Shown here piece after piece: positions 27,481 to 40,841 of a stretch of DNA of 64,000 nt. The stretch covers positions 17,546,001-17,610,000 of the forward strand of contig NC_042997.1 of assembly GCF_006345805.1 (NCBI RefSeq), given 5' to 3'. Under the pieces are notes generated by a model, which was given only the letters and a program-made list of their open reading frames with translations, was not told the origin of the DNA and did no database searches. Each line of letters opens with the position of its first letter. Within the stretch, counting starts at the first letter, position 1. The translations under genes and the position numbers were made by a program. The stretch comes from Octopus sinensis (lineage: Eukaryota).

Positions 27481-28676
27481 TAACTCATTGGATCATCATT
27501 GATCTGTATTACATGACATTAAAATAATTATGAAAGCAATTGTTTCTATAGCGAGCTTGTATGATTAACAATGAGATTCACTCAGCTTCCATACCATTTT
27601 AGTATGAAGGACAATGTGAATATTTTGTATTTCAAGAAGATTTAGGATTACATTAAAAATGTTAATATAACTATTTTATTTGTGTAACTCAACCTGAATC
27701 TTAGCTATTGCTGAAATCTATTCACAAAATCATGATTTAATATTGAGATAACACTCTTGGACTATATTTGTTCTTTTCTTAGACTTTCCATGTAGGAATA
27801 AATCCAGGAATGTGAAACTCATGGCAATTTAATGATGACCAAGCAAACTATTTATGACTTTTTGATTCAGTTTAAAAATGACCACTCATAACATACAATT
27901 TTCAGATCTTAAATGCAGGTGATGATGGATTAATTGGGAGTTCTTTGCATTAATAAAATAAATTCTAGGGCTTCTTCCTAGTTATAAACATATTCATGTG
28001 AATGAATGTGAAACTGTAAAATAATGGGAATGGTGAAAATTTGAAATTCCCATGATAAAAGGCTCTCAATACTCTACATAAAGTGATTAGTGCAAAGTGT
28101 CAAAGTATATTTTATTGAAGCAAAAATGTTAAATTTTATAGCTCATAACATCAAGTTTCTGATCTTAAATCACATATACAGTGTGTATGTGTGTGCATGT
28201 GCTGATGTATGTACTGGTGTATATGCATTGGTGTGTGCACATGCATGTGTGTGTACATCTGCACATAAACTCAACCATGCATGAAATGTTGATATCTTAC
28301 TAGTCAACATTAGAGGAAAACTGATGATCTATACATTCATTGTTGACTTTACAACTGGTTGGTCTCTGCTTTTGAAGACTCGTGGACTATAAGAGAATTC
28401 CTTGTTTGAAAAACAAGTAAACGTTGTTGACAGTAAAATCATTTAGCCTCAAAAATCTTGTCTGAGGATAAATTTCTATCCAAGCCATGATTGTATAGAA
28501 GAATGGGCATTGAACGGAATACAAGGATGGGCATTAAAATGAATAGAAGGATGGGCATTAAAATAATAGTTTTGAAGGTCACTTGTAACTGCTTATATGG
28601 GTCGAACAGAGTTTTATTGAAGCAAATATTCTACAGCTGGATGCCCTTGTAGACAGTTACCTCCCTTGTCTCATCC

Positions 28677-28960
28677 TTAGCATTTGGATGGTGCAACCAA
28701 AGTGATTAGATATATTTTCTTCCTGCTGTGATTCCATGTGATATAACGGTCAAACATAACTACCTCTTATGTATATGAATGCACAGAAACTGCTTTTATC
28801 TCTCTCTTTCAATGCAAATACTGTAATTTGCATGCAGTATAAAGATTAAAGTGACTTATAGCTGTATTGCAAATTCTTATTGTCTTTATATTCTTGTATT
28901 TGGAGAATGACTGCCTTCTACATTTCAGCTTTCTTTGTTAGGAGCAAAACTTTTAAAAAA
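28677..28960 (+). repeat. Gypsy 5' LTR
   Basis: Clearly homologous but diverged from 33043-33311 (ccaaagtgattaga...ctttgttaggagcaaaa). Confidence 0.85.
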
Positions 28961-31900
28961 TAGTGACCCCCAAGAAAGGACTAGACAAGTTTACATTTTA
29001 CAAGTTTACAGCGAATGAAAAGAAAAACAGATTAGTAGAACTGTTAACACGTCATAATTGTTCTAAACAGTTGATGTTTAAAATTTTATTTTTCACATTC
29101 AAGCTTTGCCATCTTGGCTTCTCCAATTCGTTTTGGCGTTCCTTGACATTCCTTTCTTCTCAATGTTTTTTCTGGCTTTATAAAATGAGCAATTTTCTGT
29201 TCCCTCAATTCCATGGGTAAACGAAAATATGGTTTTTACAACTGGAGTCCTATTTTATTGCTGCAAGCACTCGCCAGCCACTGGCCAAACTGCACATCGA
29301 ATTGTCCAGCTTACCGTCCTCACTTGTTTTGTCTGTCAGGGATTTACTTATAGATACATCAGATGGGATGTCCTACAAGGAGTTCAAATCAGAGGTGCTA
29401 TGCAGAAACTGTCTGCTGAGAGCAAGTTCTGCTCATTGCTGCAGGATGAATATTTGGGAAACAGTTTTTGAGATGACTACGAGAGCTTGCAGATGACTCT
29501 TATGAGTGTTAGGCCTTTGTTAAACAACTCTTTTCCTCTTGTATGCCACCCAACATCCAGTCGGCACTGGTGCATCTGGTGGACACTACCCCTATTGACC
29601 AACTGACCACCACGGCAATCGGGATTCCTGAGTTCTTGAAAAACCTCCCTGCAGATAATATTGCCAGTGCCTCTTCTTCCATCAAGGTGGATAAACAATC
29701 TTCGGAGACCTTGAAAGTAATCCAGGAACTCACTCGGTATGTTTTGCACCTCTTTAGGGATTGCTCTTCTTTTTCTTTTTTATGGTCCCATTTGAGAAAC
29801 TGGCCCTGACAGCGTTCTCCTTCACATGACCAGCCCCTCCAGTTTGCTGGTACCACAGATGGTTCAAGAATCAAGCTCATCATTGTATACAGCCCAGCTC
29901 TTTCACCCCTGTGGAAAACCAGCCAGGGTGACCCTGTGCATGTCAGTCATCTCTCCACTTGAAAATCCTCACCATGCATTCTTCATCCAAGACACAAAAA
30001 TCTTCAAAGTATTTTATAGTAAACACAGGAGCCAGTGTTAACATTTGGTCTTGACAGTATACGTTCACTAATCCTGCTCTCTCAGACACTTGTTTGTTCA
30101 TGATTAACCATTCTGCTATCGAGACCGTCAGTCAAATCTCTCTTACTCTTAATTTGTTACTCCATAGGGGATTCTGGTAGATTTTCGTTATTGCTGACTT
30201 ACCATATCCAATTTTGGGTGCAGATTTTCTTCACCATTATTCACTCCTGGTGGATGTCAAGGGACGTCGACTTTTGGATAGAACCACTTTCCTCACTGCC
30301 TCCGGAGAGGATACTACCATTCCTGCTGTGAGATTCTTCGTAGCCACTGCTGGAAATATCTATCTACAGTTACTTGCTCCGTTTCCCGAATTAATGGACT
30401 TGACATTCCAGCTAATAAAGCCAGTTCATTCTACTAGGCAATTTATAATGACTAAAGAACCTCCTGTATTTTCCAGACCTCATAGTTTGTCTCCTGAAGA
30501 GCTGCAGATTGCCAGAACTGAATTCAAGCATATCCCCCAGCTTGGCCTTGTTTGTCCTTCCAAGAGCCCATGGGCCATGCCTTTTTACTTAGCAAAGAAA
30601 GGCGTTATTGATTTTCGTCCTTGTGGTGACTTTAGAAGGCTTAATACTGTCATGGTTCCGGATCACTATCTGTTCCACATTTTCAGGATTTTTTTCTGCC
30701 CTACATGGATGCAAATTTTTTTCCAAAATCGACCTGGTACACGCATACCATCAAATTCCCATTAATCTAGAAGATATATCCAAGACAGCAGTAACAACAC
30801 CTTTTGCAGCATTTGAATTTTCATCCATGCCTTTTGATCTTCGTAATGCAGCAAGCTCATTCCAGAGATTTATTGATGAAATTGTTCATGGCGTACCTGT
30901 TGTTTTCACATATGTGGATGATCTCCTAATTGCCAGCACTACTCAGGATCAACATATTCAGCAATTAACACAGTTGTTCCAACGTTTGCGTTCTTTTGGT
31001 GTGAAGATCAATCCGTCCAAGTGTGAGTTTGGATCTTCCAATCGAAAATATTTGGGACACCTCACAGATGCTAAAGTTGAGGTCATCAAAAGTTTGTCTC
31101 CTCCTGTTTCTTTAAAACAGTTAAGAACACTTCTGGGTTTAATTAATTTCTATAGAAGATTCATTTCCAACTGAGTGGAAAAGTTGTCTCCTTTGACCCA
31201 GCTTTTAAAAGGACAGCCGACTAAAAATGCTAATATTTCATTGTCTCCTACTGCTTTGCAAGCTTTTGAAAAGGCCAAGACCGAGCTAACCAATGTATCT
31301 TTTTTGGCTCATCCTGCTCTTGACACCAGTCTGTCTCTAACAGTTGATGCTTCTGATTTATGTGGGTGTTGTGTTGCAGCAAACTGTAAATGGACAAACT
31401 CAACCACTGGCTTTCTTTTCTCGTCAGTTGAAACCTGCTGAATTGTGTTACATTTTCAGTAAAGCAACTTTTAGCTATTTATCTTGCGATGAACTTTACT
31501 CACCTTCTCTAGTGTAGGGAGTTCATGGTTTTCACTGATCATAAACCATTAATTTTTGCACTGTTTACCAAAACTAACTGGTACTTGCCCAGAGAGAGAC
31601 CAGGCATTTGGATTATTTCTCACAGTTCACCATTGATATTCACCACATTGCGGGCATAGAGAACATTCCTGCAAACTCCCTGTCTCAACTGCCAGTTTAT
31701 TCGTTGTCTTCTCCTGCTTCAATTGATCTGGTTGCTATGGCTGCAGACCAACCTTCCTTGGACTCTTTGGACGTGACTTCACCACAGTGTTTCCTATTGC
31801 AAATTTGAGCACCTGCATCTTCCATCATCTGAAGGGATCATTCTTTGTGATGTTTCCACTGGGTCACCCCGATCCCTGGTCCCCGAGCATTATCATTGTC

Positions 31901-33042
31901 CTGTTTTCAAAGCTTTGCACTCGCTATCACACCCAGGCATTGCAGCCACAGTTAAGCTTATTTTGGCTTGATTTTTCTAGTCAAATATGTGACATTCTAT
32001 TACTGCTTGGTCACGTGCCTGTCTATGTTGTCAGCATGAAAAACATACACAGACTTATGCAAGCTCCTTTGGGGCACTTCCAGCCACTGGATTCCAGGTT
32101 CTAGCACATTCATATCGACATTGTTGGTCCATGGCCTATCAGTTGCAGGTTCACGTATATCCTGACCTGCATTGACAGATTCTCCAGTTGGCCTGAAGCA
32201 ATTCTTCTAGTGAATATTTCTGCAGTCTCTGTTGCCAGAGTACCCATTTCAGGTTGGATCTTTTGTTTTGGAGTACCCTCCAGGATCACGACTGATTGTG
32301 GCCGCCAGTTTGAAGCAAGTCTATTTCGTGAATTGTCACAATTACTCAGAATACAGCATATTCACACCACAAGCTACCATCCTGCTGTGAACGGAATAGT
32401 AGAGAGTTTCCATAGGCAGCTAAAAGCCACAATTCATGCTGCTCCTGAACCCCACCGTTGGTCAGAATTCCTTTCTGTTGTTCTAATGGGCTGCTGTTTA
32501 GACATCAAAGCAAATTTGGGAAACTCTTCTGCCAAACTCTTGTATGGCACCACTTTGGTACTACCTGGCTAGATGTTAGCACCTGTTGATGTACAGAGCA
32601 CCAACCCAACTTCGTATATTACTCAACTTAGATCCTTCTTTGTGGACCTATCTTCAATGTTGTCTAGACAACAGTCTGTACTTTCTGGTTCCTTCTGACA
32701 TATCCACATGGATGCATGTGTTTATTTGGAACGATTCCGTTAAGGGTCCAGTGACACCACCTTATTCTGGTTCTTACTGAATAATTAAGCACATGAAGAA
32801 ACTGTTTACTGTGACATGAACAGAAAAGATATAATTTCTCTGTTGACAGAGTTAAAAAAGCATTCACCGAAACAGACACACCTATCTTTCCACAGACATT
32901 TTCATGCCTACCACAACAAGCACTTACACCCAACAAAATGAACAAATTGCAAAGATACTCCACACCAACCTTAACACATTTCGGGCAGGTTGGTACATTG
33001 GCCTCCCTTGTCTCATCCATTGACCACTGGGAGAATTAAATC

Positions 33043-33311
33043 TATAGCTTTTGGACGGCACAGCCAAAGTGATTAGACATATTTTCTTCCTGCTGCAATT
33101 CCAAGTGATGTAACGGTCAAACATAACTACCTCTTATGTATATGAATGTGAACGCACAGAAACTACCTTTATCTCTCTCTATGCAAATACATGTAATTTG
33201 CATGCAGTATAAAGATTCAAATGACTTATGGCCGTTGCAAATTCTTATTGTCTTTTTATTCTTCTATTTGGAGAATGTTTCAACTTTCTTTGTTAGGAGC
33301 AAAAGTTCACA
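33043..33311 (+). repeat. Gypsy 3' LTR
   Basis: Follows PPT-like actgggagaa; ends ...ttcaca; aligns with the 5' LTR. Confidence 0.85.
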
Positions 33312-33771
33312 AACGCTTCTAGTTACCAAGCATCATTCCTTTCCAAGCAAGATAATATTTCCCCATGGCCTGATATAGGGAATTACAAAGAATATTAGAA
33401 ATGAGAAACAAACATATATGACAGTGACACTCATTTGCAAATATTAAAGGATATCAAGACAAAGAGACACAAACATACACAGATACACAACAGAAATATA
33501 TACTTATATATGACAGGCTTCTTTCAAATTTTTTTATTACAAATCTGCCCACAAGGTCTTGATAACATGTGGTCAAAGTGTCATGCAAGCAAGTAAGACT
33601 GTACCTGATGGCATGTGATTATGAATCAAACTCCTTGACTACACAGTTACAACTGTACTGCTTGCCAATTAAATATATATATATATATATATATGATCTT
33701 AAATATACATGAGTATGCATGCATATATATATATATATATATGATCTTATATATACATATGTATGCATGCA

Positions 33772-33810
<39 letters not shown>

Positions 33811-33835
33811 TAAGCAACAAAGATATCTAGAGGTA

Positions 33836-33924
33836 ATGCAGTACGATTGTTTCATGCAACTCTATTTAATTGAACAATGCAATCATTACATCAATTTAAA
33901 ATGCAGAGCAATCCTCAGCTGCAC
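33836..33924 (-). ncRNA. Minimal type-I hammerhead ribozyme motif, copy 1
   Basis: GUGCAG-CUGAGGA-[long helix II]-GAAAC-AAUC-GUA-CUGCAU; 6-bp helix I, canonical core, 2-bp helix III. Confidence 0.75.
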
Positions 33925-34069
33925 AACGACATGGAATTTAATTAAATTAGAACAGATGGACACATTAGTATAATTATACCTAAAATCTCCAAGAAGTTAG
34001 GGAGATAAACAAAGAACATGCTGTCTCCACTTCAGCATAGAAGTTACTATATATATATATATTATATAT

Positions 34070-34121
<52 letters not shown>

Positions 34122-34146
34122 TAAGCAACAAAGATATCTAGAGGTA

Positions 34147-34235
34147 ATGCAGTACGATTGTTTCATGCAACTCTATTTAATTGAACAATGCAATCATTAC
34201 ATCAATTTAAAATGCAGAGCAATCCTCAGCTGCAC
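34147..34235 (-). ncRNA. Minimal type-I hammerhead ribozyme motif, copy 2
   Basis: Identical to copy 1, offset 311 bp. Confidence 0.75.
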
Positions 34236-34692
34236 AACGACATGGAATTTAATTAAATTAGAACAGATGGACACATTAGTATAATTATACCTAAAATCTC
34301 CAAGAAGTTAGGGAGATAAACAAAGAACATGCTGTCTCCACTTCAGCATAGAAGTTACTATATATATATATATATATTTTCCTGAGACTATTCTTTTTCT
34401 TCTTTCTGGACATTCTTTCTTTCCTCTTTCTGATAAAGAGCATCATCCTCAAAATGTCACACCATCTCCTTTTCCATCTTAAACTAATACATTCAATGCA
34501 TACATCCTTTTGACTTTTGTTGCTTTTGTTTTTATTTTCATTTTTGATTTGCCTATATATATAGTTAATTAATAAAACATATATCAGAAAAGAAACACAT
34601 TCTAAATATATATTGCTGTTAGATGGTACATTACTGTTAATGCATATAGCAGGTCTAGGTATCACTGTAGCCTCATAGATGACTCCTTCAGC

Positions 34693-34962
34693 CTTGTGAG
34701 TAGATGGAAACTGAAAGAAGCCCATCGTATATATGTATATGTGTATGTATGTTTGTGTGTCTGGGTTTGTCCCCCTAATATTGCTTGACAACCGATGCTG
34801 GTGTGTTTATGTCCCTGTAACTTAGCAGTTCGGCAAAAGAGACCGATAGAATAAGTACTAGGCTTACAAAAAAATAAGTCCTAGGATCGATTTGCTTGAC
34901 TAAAGGCAGTGCTCCAGCATGACCACAGTCACATGACTGAAACAAGTAAAAGAGTAAAAAAG
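34693..34962 (+). mobile_element. tRNA-derived SINE, 5'-truncated
   Basis: gccttgtgagtagatggaaactgaaagaagccc...ggcagtgctccagcatg...gaaacaagtaaaagagtaaaa. Confidence 0.85.
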
Positions 34963-36799
34963 TAAGAATTTTAGCATTTTGCTAAATTTAAAAAATTTCT
35001 ATTAACTAGCATGAGGAGTAAGGATTGACTGAAGGGTTAGGATTAGATTCAGTATACTGATATATCAAGCTTCAACTGTCTTAGTTCTAAGTTAAAATAG
35101 CTCCAAAGTCAATTAAAAGTTTTCTGAAATTGATAAAATATGTACCAATCATATATTGGAATTGACTTAATTGGCCATTACATTTGTTTTTCATGTACCT
35201 AAAAAAAAAAAGGGATTATTTAACTTGAAATTTTCTATAGTGCGAGCAATATTGCTTTACAGTATCTGACTTGAGTATTTAATTCTTCTGAGTGGTATAT
35301 TCTTTGAATAATTCTTCTGAGTTCAATTCTTCTTAGAGTTAATACTGTTTTGCTTATTCTTTGGGAATCAATAAAATGAGTATAAGTAAGTTACTGGGGT
35401 TGATTTAATTGTCTGTACCCAAACCTTCTGAAAATTAGCCTTGTGTCTAGTCAAAAGAAATCAATATTGTATAGAAAATTGGTACTTTATTTTCGAGTTA
35501 GGTATTTTGGAGGTGCTTTTCTCAAGGAAAATCTCTATTTTAATGTTTGAATCTTGTACAATAACGACTGAGTGATACAGAGTTTGCAGAGGAATATAAC
35601 ATTAAGTTTATTGTAAAGCAGACAAGAAACTTCCTAGGGATAAAAACTTTCATTGTATTTGAGCCTTGATGTAATTAAGAATATGGATAAGAGAGAAAGC
35701 AACAACTTTCTCCTACATCACCATTAGATTACCTTCATCCATAAAACTGCTGAACCGAAGCAGACCAGTTGTGCATGCTATCATTAAAGCCAGCAATCAA
35801 ATGCAACCGTGTGAGATATTTTATAAGCGTCAATCTAATGGCATTATTCCAATTCTACATTGAACAGGATGACGATGAGTTGGCTGGTTTCAAACATTGC
35901 CAGCCACATTATCATAAAAAACTTATTGCTCTGTTGTATCTCATGTTTTCAGTTAATTATTCCTTTTGATTTTCCTTTTAGAAATAACTTACACAAAATT
36001 AGCTGTTTTCTTTAGGCTCTCTACCTTTCTTCATGAGGCTCACTACTACATCTCAGGAGTTACTACTGAGCTTAGAAGTTCAGCGGTTTCAAAACCTATC
36101 TATATCAACTTGGGCTTTCATCTTTCTAGAGTTTTATACACCACATTATAGTAATATATTCAGACAAGTGGTCAGATTTATGAAAGAAATGAGTAATTCC
36201 TATGCCTTTATCTGTGCTGAAATAAAAACAAGTGAGCATGTGTGTGCGTGCACACGTGTGCACACATGCACACACACACACACCTAGCAACACACATGTC
36301 ATATATTAAGATTATTCAGCAGGAGTTAGTCTCGAGGTAAGAACAAAATATAAAGTACAAACAAAATATTTCAGAACACCAAATAATGTATGATGAGGTG
36401 GATGTTGAACCTTTCGGTTATTTCAAAGATATTTGATTGTCTATTATTGTGTGATGGGTCAACTGTAGCAAGAACAAAACAGGGATAAAAGAGGAGGCAG
36501 CGGAGGAGGAGGAATGTGATTAGTTGTAACTTACATCTACCATAAGACTATGAGCCAATGAAGGAGTCCTTCTATGGTCACTTCACCAGCTAGAAATAGC
36601 TGGAAAATCTCACTCAAATTACATTCTACTATCTTAGAATGGAATGACTCATTGCATAATTGTTAAGAAAGAACAAATAATGGAATTGTCAAAACAAGTA
36701 ACTTGACTAAATTTGTAGAATATGAAACAATGTATCTGCTTAATCAGGGCTGATTAGGCCAAACAACAATATCATGATGCACATGATGCAGATGTCATA

Positions 36800-37564
36800 A
36801 AAAATAATGAGCTGTTGCTCTGTCATGCCTTCTTCAGTTATGAAGATGAAGGCTTCTTTCATTGTGACATCTGCTGCTGCATCTTAGGGTCATACCTATA
36901 GACCCAACTCTCATCACCAGTGATGACACGAAGGATGGGTCATCAGTGGTACACTGAGATCTTGACAGTCTTCAACATGATGTTCTCTCTGCTCAGTGGT
37001 TAGCAGGTGGGAGACACATTTGGCAGAGACGTGTTGCATGTTCAGTTCAGACATTAGGATTGTCTGCATGAACCCATATGACAGACCAACAACATCAGCA
37101 ATGTTACTGATTGTCCTCCAACGATCCTCAAGCACAAGCTGATGAATTTTCTCTCCATTTACATGGGTGACACTTGTGGCTGGTCTTCCAGATTACTCAT
37201 CTTCGAAAGAGGATTCTCTGCTCTTGAAGTACCTGTGCCACTTGGAACACTGCGTACAACCCATTGCCTCATTGCCGTAAGCTTGCTGAAGCATGTTCAA
37301 TGTTTCTGTAGCAGACTTCCCAAGTTTAATGCAAAATTTCACATTGGCTGTTTGTTCCAACTTCTTGTTCACAACAAAATCGCAGACTACAGGATACATG
37401 ATCACAAAAACGCAAACTTCACAACTTGCGAAGTAAACACAGTGATGTTACTTTACACACTGCCTCATGAAGGTCACCGCTAGTTGTCACTGCACATGCA
37501 ACCATGTGCTGCCCTCTGTTGGTGCACTACAGAACTAGTCCAGGAAATTTTTGATACCACTTTG
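36800..37564 (-). mobile_element. mariner element, 5' half of transposase
   Basis: EQTANVKFCIKLGKSATETLNML...VSAKCVSHLLTTEQ; TIR ta|caaagtggtatcaaaaatttcctggac. Confidence 0.88.
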
Positions 37565-37569
37565 TATAG

Positions 37570-37603
<34 letters not shown>

Positions 37604-38416
37604 TCTACCAAATCCATTCACAAGGATATAGAAGACACTTACTCACTTGCCACACTGTGGGACAGAACCCAGAACCATGTAGTGGGGAAGCAAACTTACT
37701 ATGCAGTCACAGCTGTGTATGTCATAGATTTAAGAAAATATGATTTAAAATTTTTAGAAAATCTATACTAATATCTGAGCGTCTTCAAAAATGTGATACT
37801 CATAATTTCGTTAAACACAGAAAAAATAATGAAACATTAATTATAACATTTTTCTCTAAATTTCAAGCTTTAAAACAGTTTTTTAAAAAACTTCTCATGT
37901 TAAATGCCCGGGTAATTTTTTACTTGGTCTTCAATGCCTCACAAAGTCATAGAGATTGAGAATCACTTATGTACATACACTTGCATGCATGTATTCAGTT
38001 GCTCACCTATTCACTGAATCAAGTAACCAAAATTTGTATGCAGATTAACATTTCTAATGATATACATAATGCATATATAAAGACATATATGCTTACATAC
38101 ATATGCCCAAACTTAATTACTTACTTCAATTTGGAGACAGGAGAGTTATCTTTTCAACTTCATATTTAACACATTTCTGTGCAGTTGTTTCAGAGAACGA
38201 ATCTTTATTGGGGAAAATGAGTGAAACCTTTTGCTCATAATTTATCCAAAAGGGTTTTCGATCTGCTATCAGCTTAGTTTTTCCAACATAATGTATCTAT
38301 GAATGCATTATGCAAAGTGATTTTCCTTTTCAATGATAGGAGAGTATAATATTAAAAATGGCAGTAGTACTGTCATATATGGGCAAGGATAAAAAGTGGT
38401 TTACCCTTAATTTATA

Positions 38417-38654
38417 TGGTAAAAAGAAAATGGAAGGGATACAAAAATGACCTACATCAGCTGGTAGACATTCTATTATGTCTATTTATTCCAAAACAAA
38501 AGGGAGTATTATAAAAATACATACTCATGCACAGACTATGTATATATTCTTATAATACCCAATAACCACTTTTGTTTTTGAATAAATAGACATAATAGAA
38601 TGTCTACTGGCTGATGAATGTCATTTTTGTATCCCCTCCATTTTCTTTTTGCCA
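38417..38654. mobile_element. Fold-back MITE (about 100-bp inverted arms)
   Basis: tggtaaaaagaaaatggaagggatacaaaaatgac... pairs with ...gtcatttttgtatcccctccattttctttttgcca; TG...CA ends; tata on both flanks. Confidence 0.8.
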
Positions 38655-38709
38655 TATATATATATATATATATATGTGTATGTATGTATGTATATATATA
38701 TATATATAT

Positions 38710-39030
38710 GTCGGTGGCACGTAAAAAGCACCATCCGAATCGTGGCCGAAGCCAGTGCCGCCTCGACTGGCTTCCGTGCAGGTGGCACGTAAAATGCACC
38801 AATCCGACCGTGGCCGATGCCAGCCTCGCCTGGCACCAGTGCAGGTGGCACGTAAAAAGCACCCACTACACTCACGGAGTGGTTGGCGTTAGGAAGGGCA
38901 TCCAGCTGTAGAAACATTGCCAGATAAGACCGGAACCTGGTGCAGCCTTCTGGCTTCCCAGATCCCCGGTCGAACTGTCCAACCCATGCTAGCATGGAGA
39001 ACGGACGTTAAACGATGATGATGAAGATGA
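38710..39030 (+). mobile_element. RTE-tail SINE / 3'UTR fragment, young (CpG-rich)
   Basis: Three ggtggcacgtaaaa.gcacc modules; ggcgttaggaagggcatccagctgtagaaa; tail ggacgttaaacgatgatgatg. Confidence 0.85.
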
Positions 39031-39059
39031 TATATATATAAACCATTCACTAGATAGGA

Positions 39060-40743
39060 CAAGGAATATGGTATATTCCTACGTTGCTGAATTATTTACT
39101 TCCAGCATTGTAAATCAGCTTGTTCATGAAGGAGTCATACCCAATGACTGGTGTAGCAGCACCATAGTCAACTGCTACAAAGGTAAAGGTGATGCTTTAG
39201 ATAGAAATTACTATACAGGGGTATCAAATTATTGGAGCAGGTGATGAAAGTTACAGAGAGGGTCATAGCCAAATTAATTAAGTAGAGAGTTAGCCTAGAT
39301 GAGATGCAGTTTGGTTTTGTGCTGGGCAGAAGACCACTGATGCTATATTTCTGGTAAGGCAGGAGAAATATCTAACCAAAGATAAACCTCTCTACTTGGC
39401 TTTTGTTGACTTGGAGAAAGCCTTTGACAAGGTCCCCTGATCGCTTATTTGGTGGTCAATGCAGAAATTGGAGATAGACGAGTGGATGGTAAGAGCTGTA
39501 CAAGCCCTGTACAGTGATGCTGTCAGTATGGTGAGGGTTGGCAATGAGTGTGGTAAAGAATTCCAGGTAGAAGAAAGATTTCACCTAGGATCAATCCTCA
39601 GCCCCATCGTATTCATCATAGTCCTCCAGTCAATAACAGAGGAATTCAAGACAGGCTGCCCCTCTATACTGATGACCTTACTCTAATAGCCGAGTCACTA
39701 CCAGAACTAGAGACAAAGTTTAGTGCATGGAAGCAAGGTCTAGAATTGAAGGGCCTTAGGGTTAACCTAGCAAAAACCAAAGTCTTAGTAAGTAGGAAGG
39801 CTGACAAATCACAAACCCCTTCAGGTAGATGGTCTCGCTCAATCTGTACAAAATGCATAGGTAGAAACTCCATATGATGTACCTGGTGTAAGCCATGGAC
39901 ACATAAAAGGAGTAGTAATATCAAAGGAAGGTTAACTGGGAAGGTAGATTTTGTGTGTGGCAGATGCACAGGAGCAATAAGCACTGAAGATGTACAGAAA
40001 ACAGATTCCATCACATGCCAGGGGGAAAACTAGAAGTAGTTGATAGCTTCCACTTCCTAGGCAACCAAGTCTGTAGCAACAAAGGTGGTTGCTCCGAGAG
40101 TGTAGTAGCTAGAATAAGAATAGCCTGGGCAAAGTTCAGGGAACTCCTACCTCTGCTGGTAACTAAGAGATATGTTGTGATTGAGAAGACCTGGCAACTA
40201 AAGTGAGATCTTAGCCATGGCCGATGCCAATGTTGCATGTCCGGTTCATTTAAAAGTACCTTGATGTGTTGGGTGATATGATATGCCTGAGAAGACCTGT
40301 TGAGTCTAGTAAAACCAAAATCGTAGCTGTAGCTAGTGCCCCCTGACTAGCTCCCATGCCAGTGGCACATAAAATGCATCATCTGAATGTTGCTGATGTC
40401 AGGTCTGCTTCATTGGCTCTCATGCTAGTGGCACATAAAAAGCACTATCTGAAGATGGTCGATGCCAGTACCCACTGACTAGCTCCCATGCCGGTGGCAC
40501 ATAAAAAGCATGATCCAAATGTGATCGATGCCAGGCCTGCCTGACTGGCTCCTGTGCTGGTAGGATGTAAAAAGCACTGACTACACTCTCAGAGTGATTG
40601 GCGTTAGGGAGAGCATCCAGCTGTAGAAACATTGCCAGATCATATTGGAGCCTGGGCCACCTGCTGGCTTTCCAGACCTCAGTAAAACCGTCCAACTCAT
40701 GCCAGCATGGAAAACGAAAATTAAACGATGATGATGATGATGA
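39060..40743 (+). mobile_element. Decayed RTE LINE (RT domain) with internal deletion and 3'UTR
   Basis: YKGKGDALDRN, MQFGF, FVDLEKAFDKVP, LYTDDL, GLRVNLAKTKV, RIRIAWAKFRELLPLL; (GAT)n tail. Confidence 0.93.
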
Positions 40744-40841
40744 CAACAAATAGTGTCGCTGACAGGATCCAAATTTTAGTGACTGATCTTGACTGATCAC
40801 TTCAAGATGTGATCAAGTACTAAATTGACAACAGAAAAATT

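Larger units (their letters stand above)
28677..33311 (+). mobile_element. Full-length decayed Ty3/Gypsy LTR retrotransposon
   Basis: Paired LTRs; PBS-like tagtgacccc at 28961; gag (CWYHR knuckle), protease (GADFL), RT (FSKIDL..AYHQI, YVDD), RNase H (TVDASD, TDHKPL), integrase (IDIVGP, TTDCGRQF, YHPAVNG); many frameshifts. Confidence 0.95.
33805..34358. repeat. Perfect tandem duplication of a 243-bp unit separated by (TA)n; Penelope pLTR-like
   Basis: 33805-34047 and 34116-34358 read identical; 311-bp period; both embedded in TA microsatellite. Confidence 0.95.

Noticed and set aside
34600-34690. GVIYEATV resembling a Penelope GIY-YIG start next to the hammerhead units
   Set aside because: The second YIG motif and conserved Arg are not recognisable; too short to support.
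36016-36231. Plus-strand exon-like ORF (SLPFFMRLTTTSQELL...AEIKT)
   Set aside because: No recognisable homology and no consistent plus-strand partner exons.
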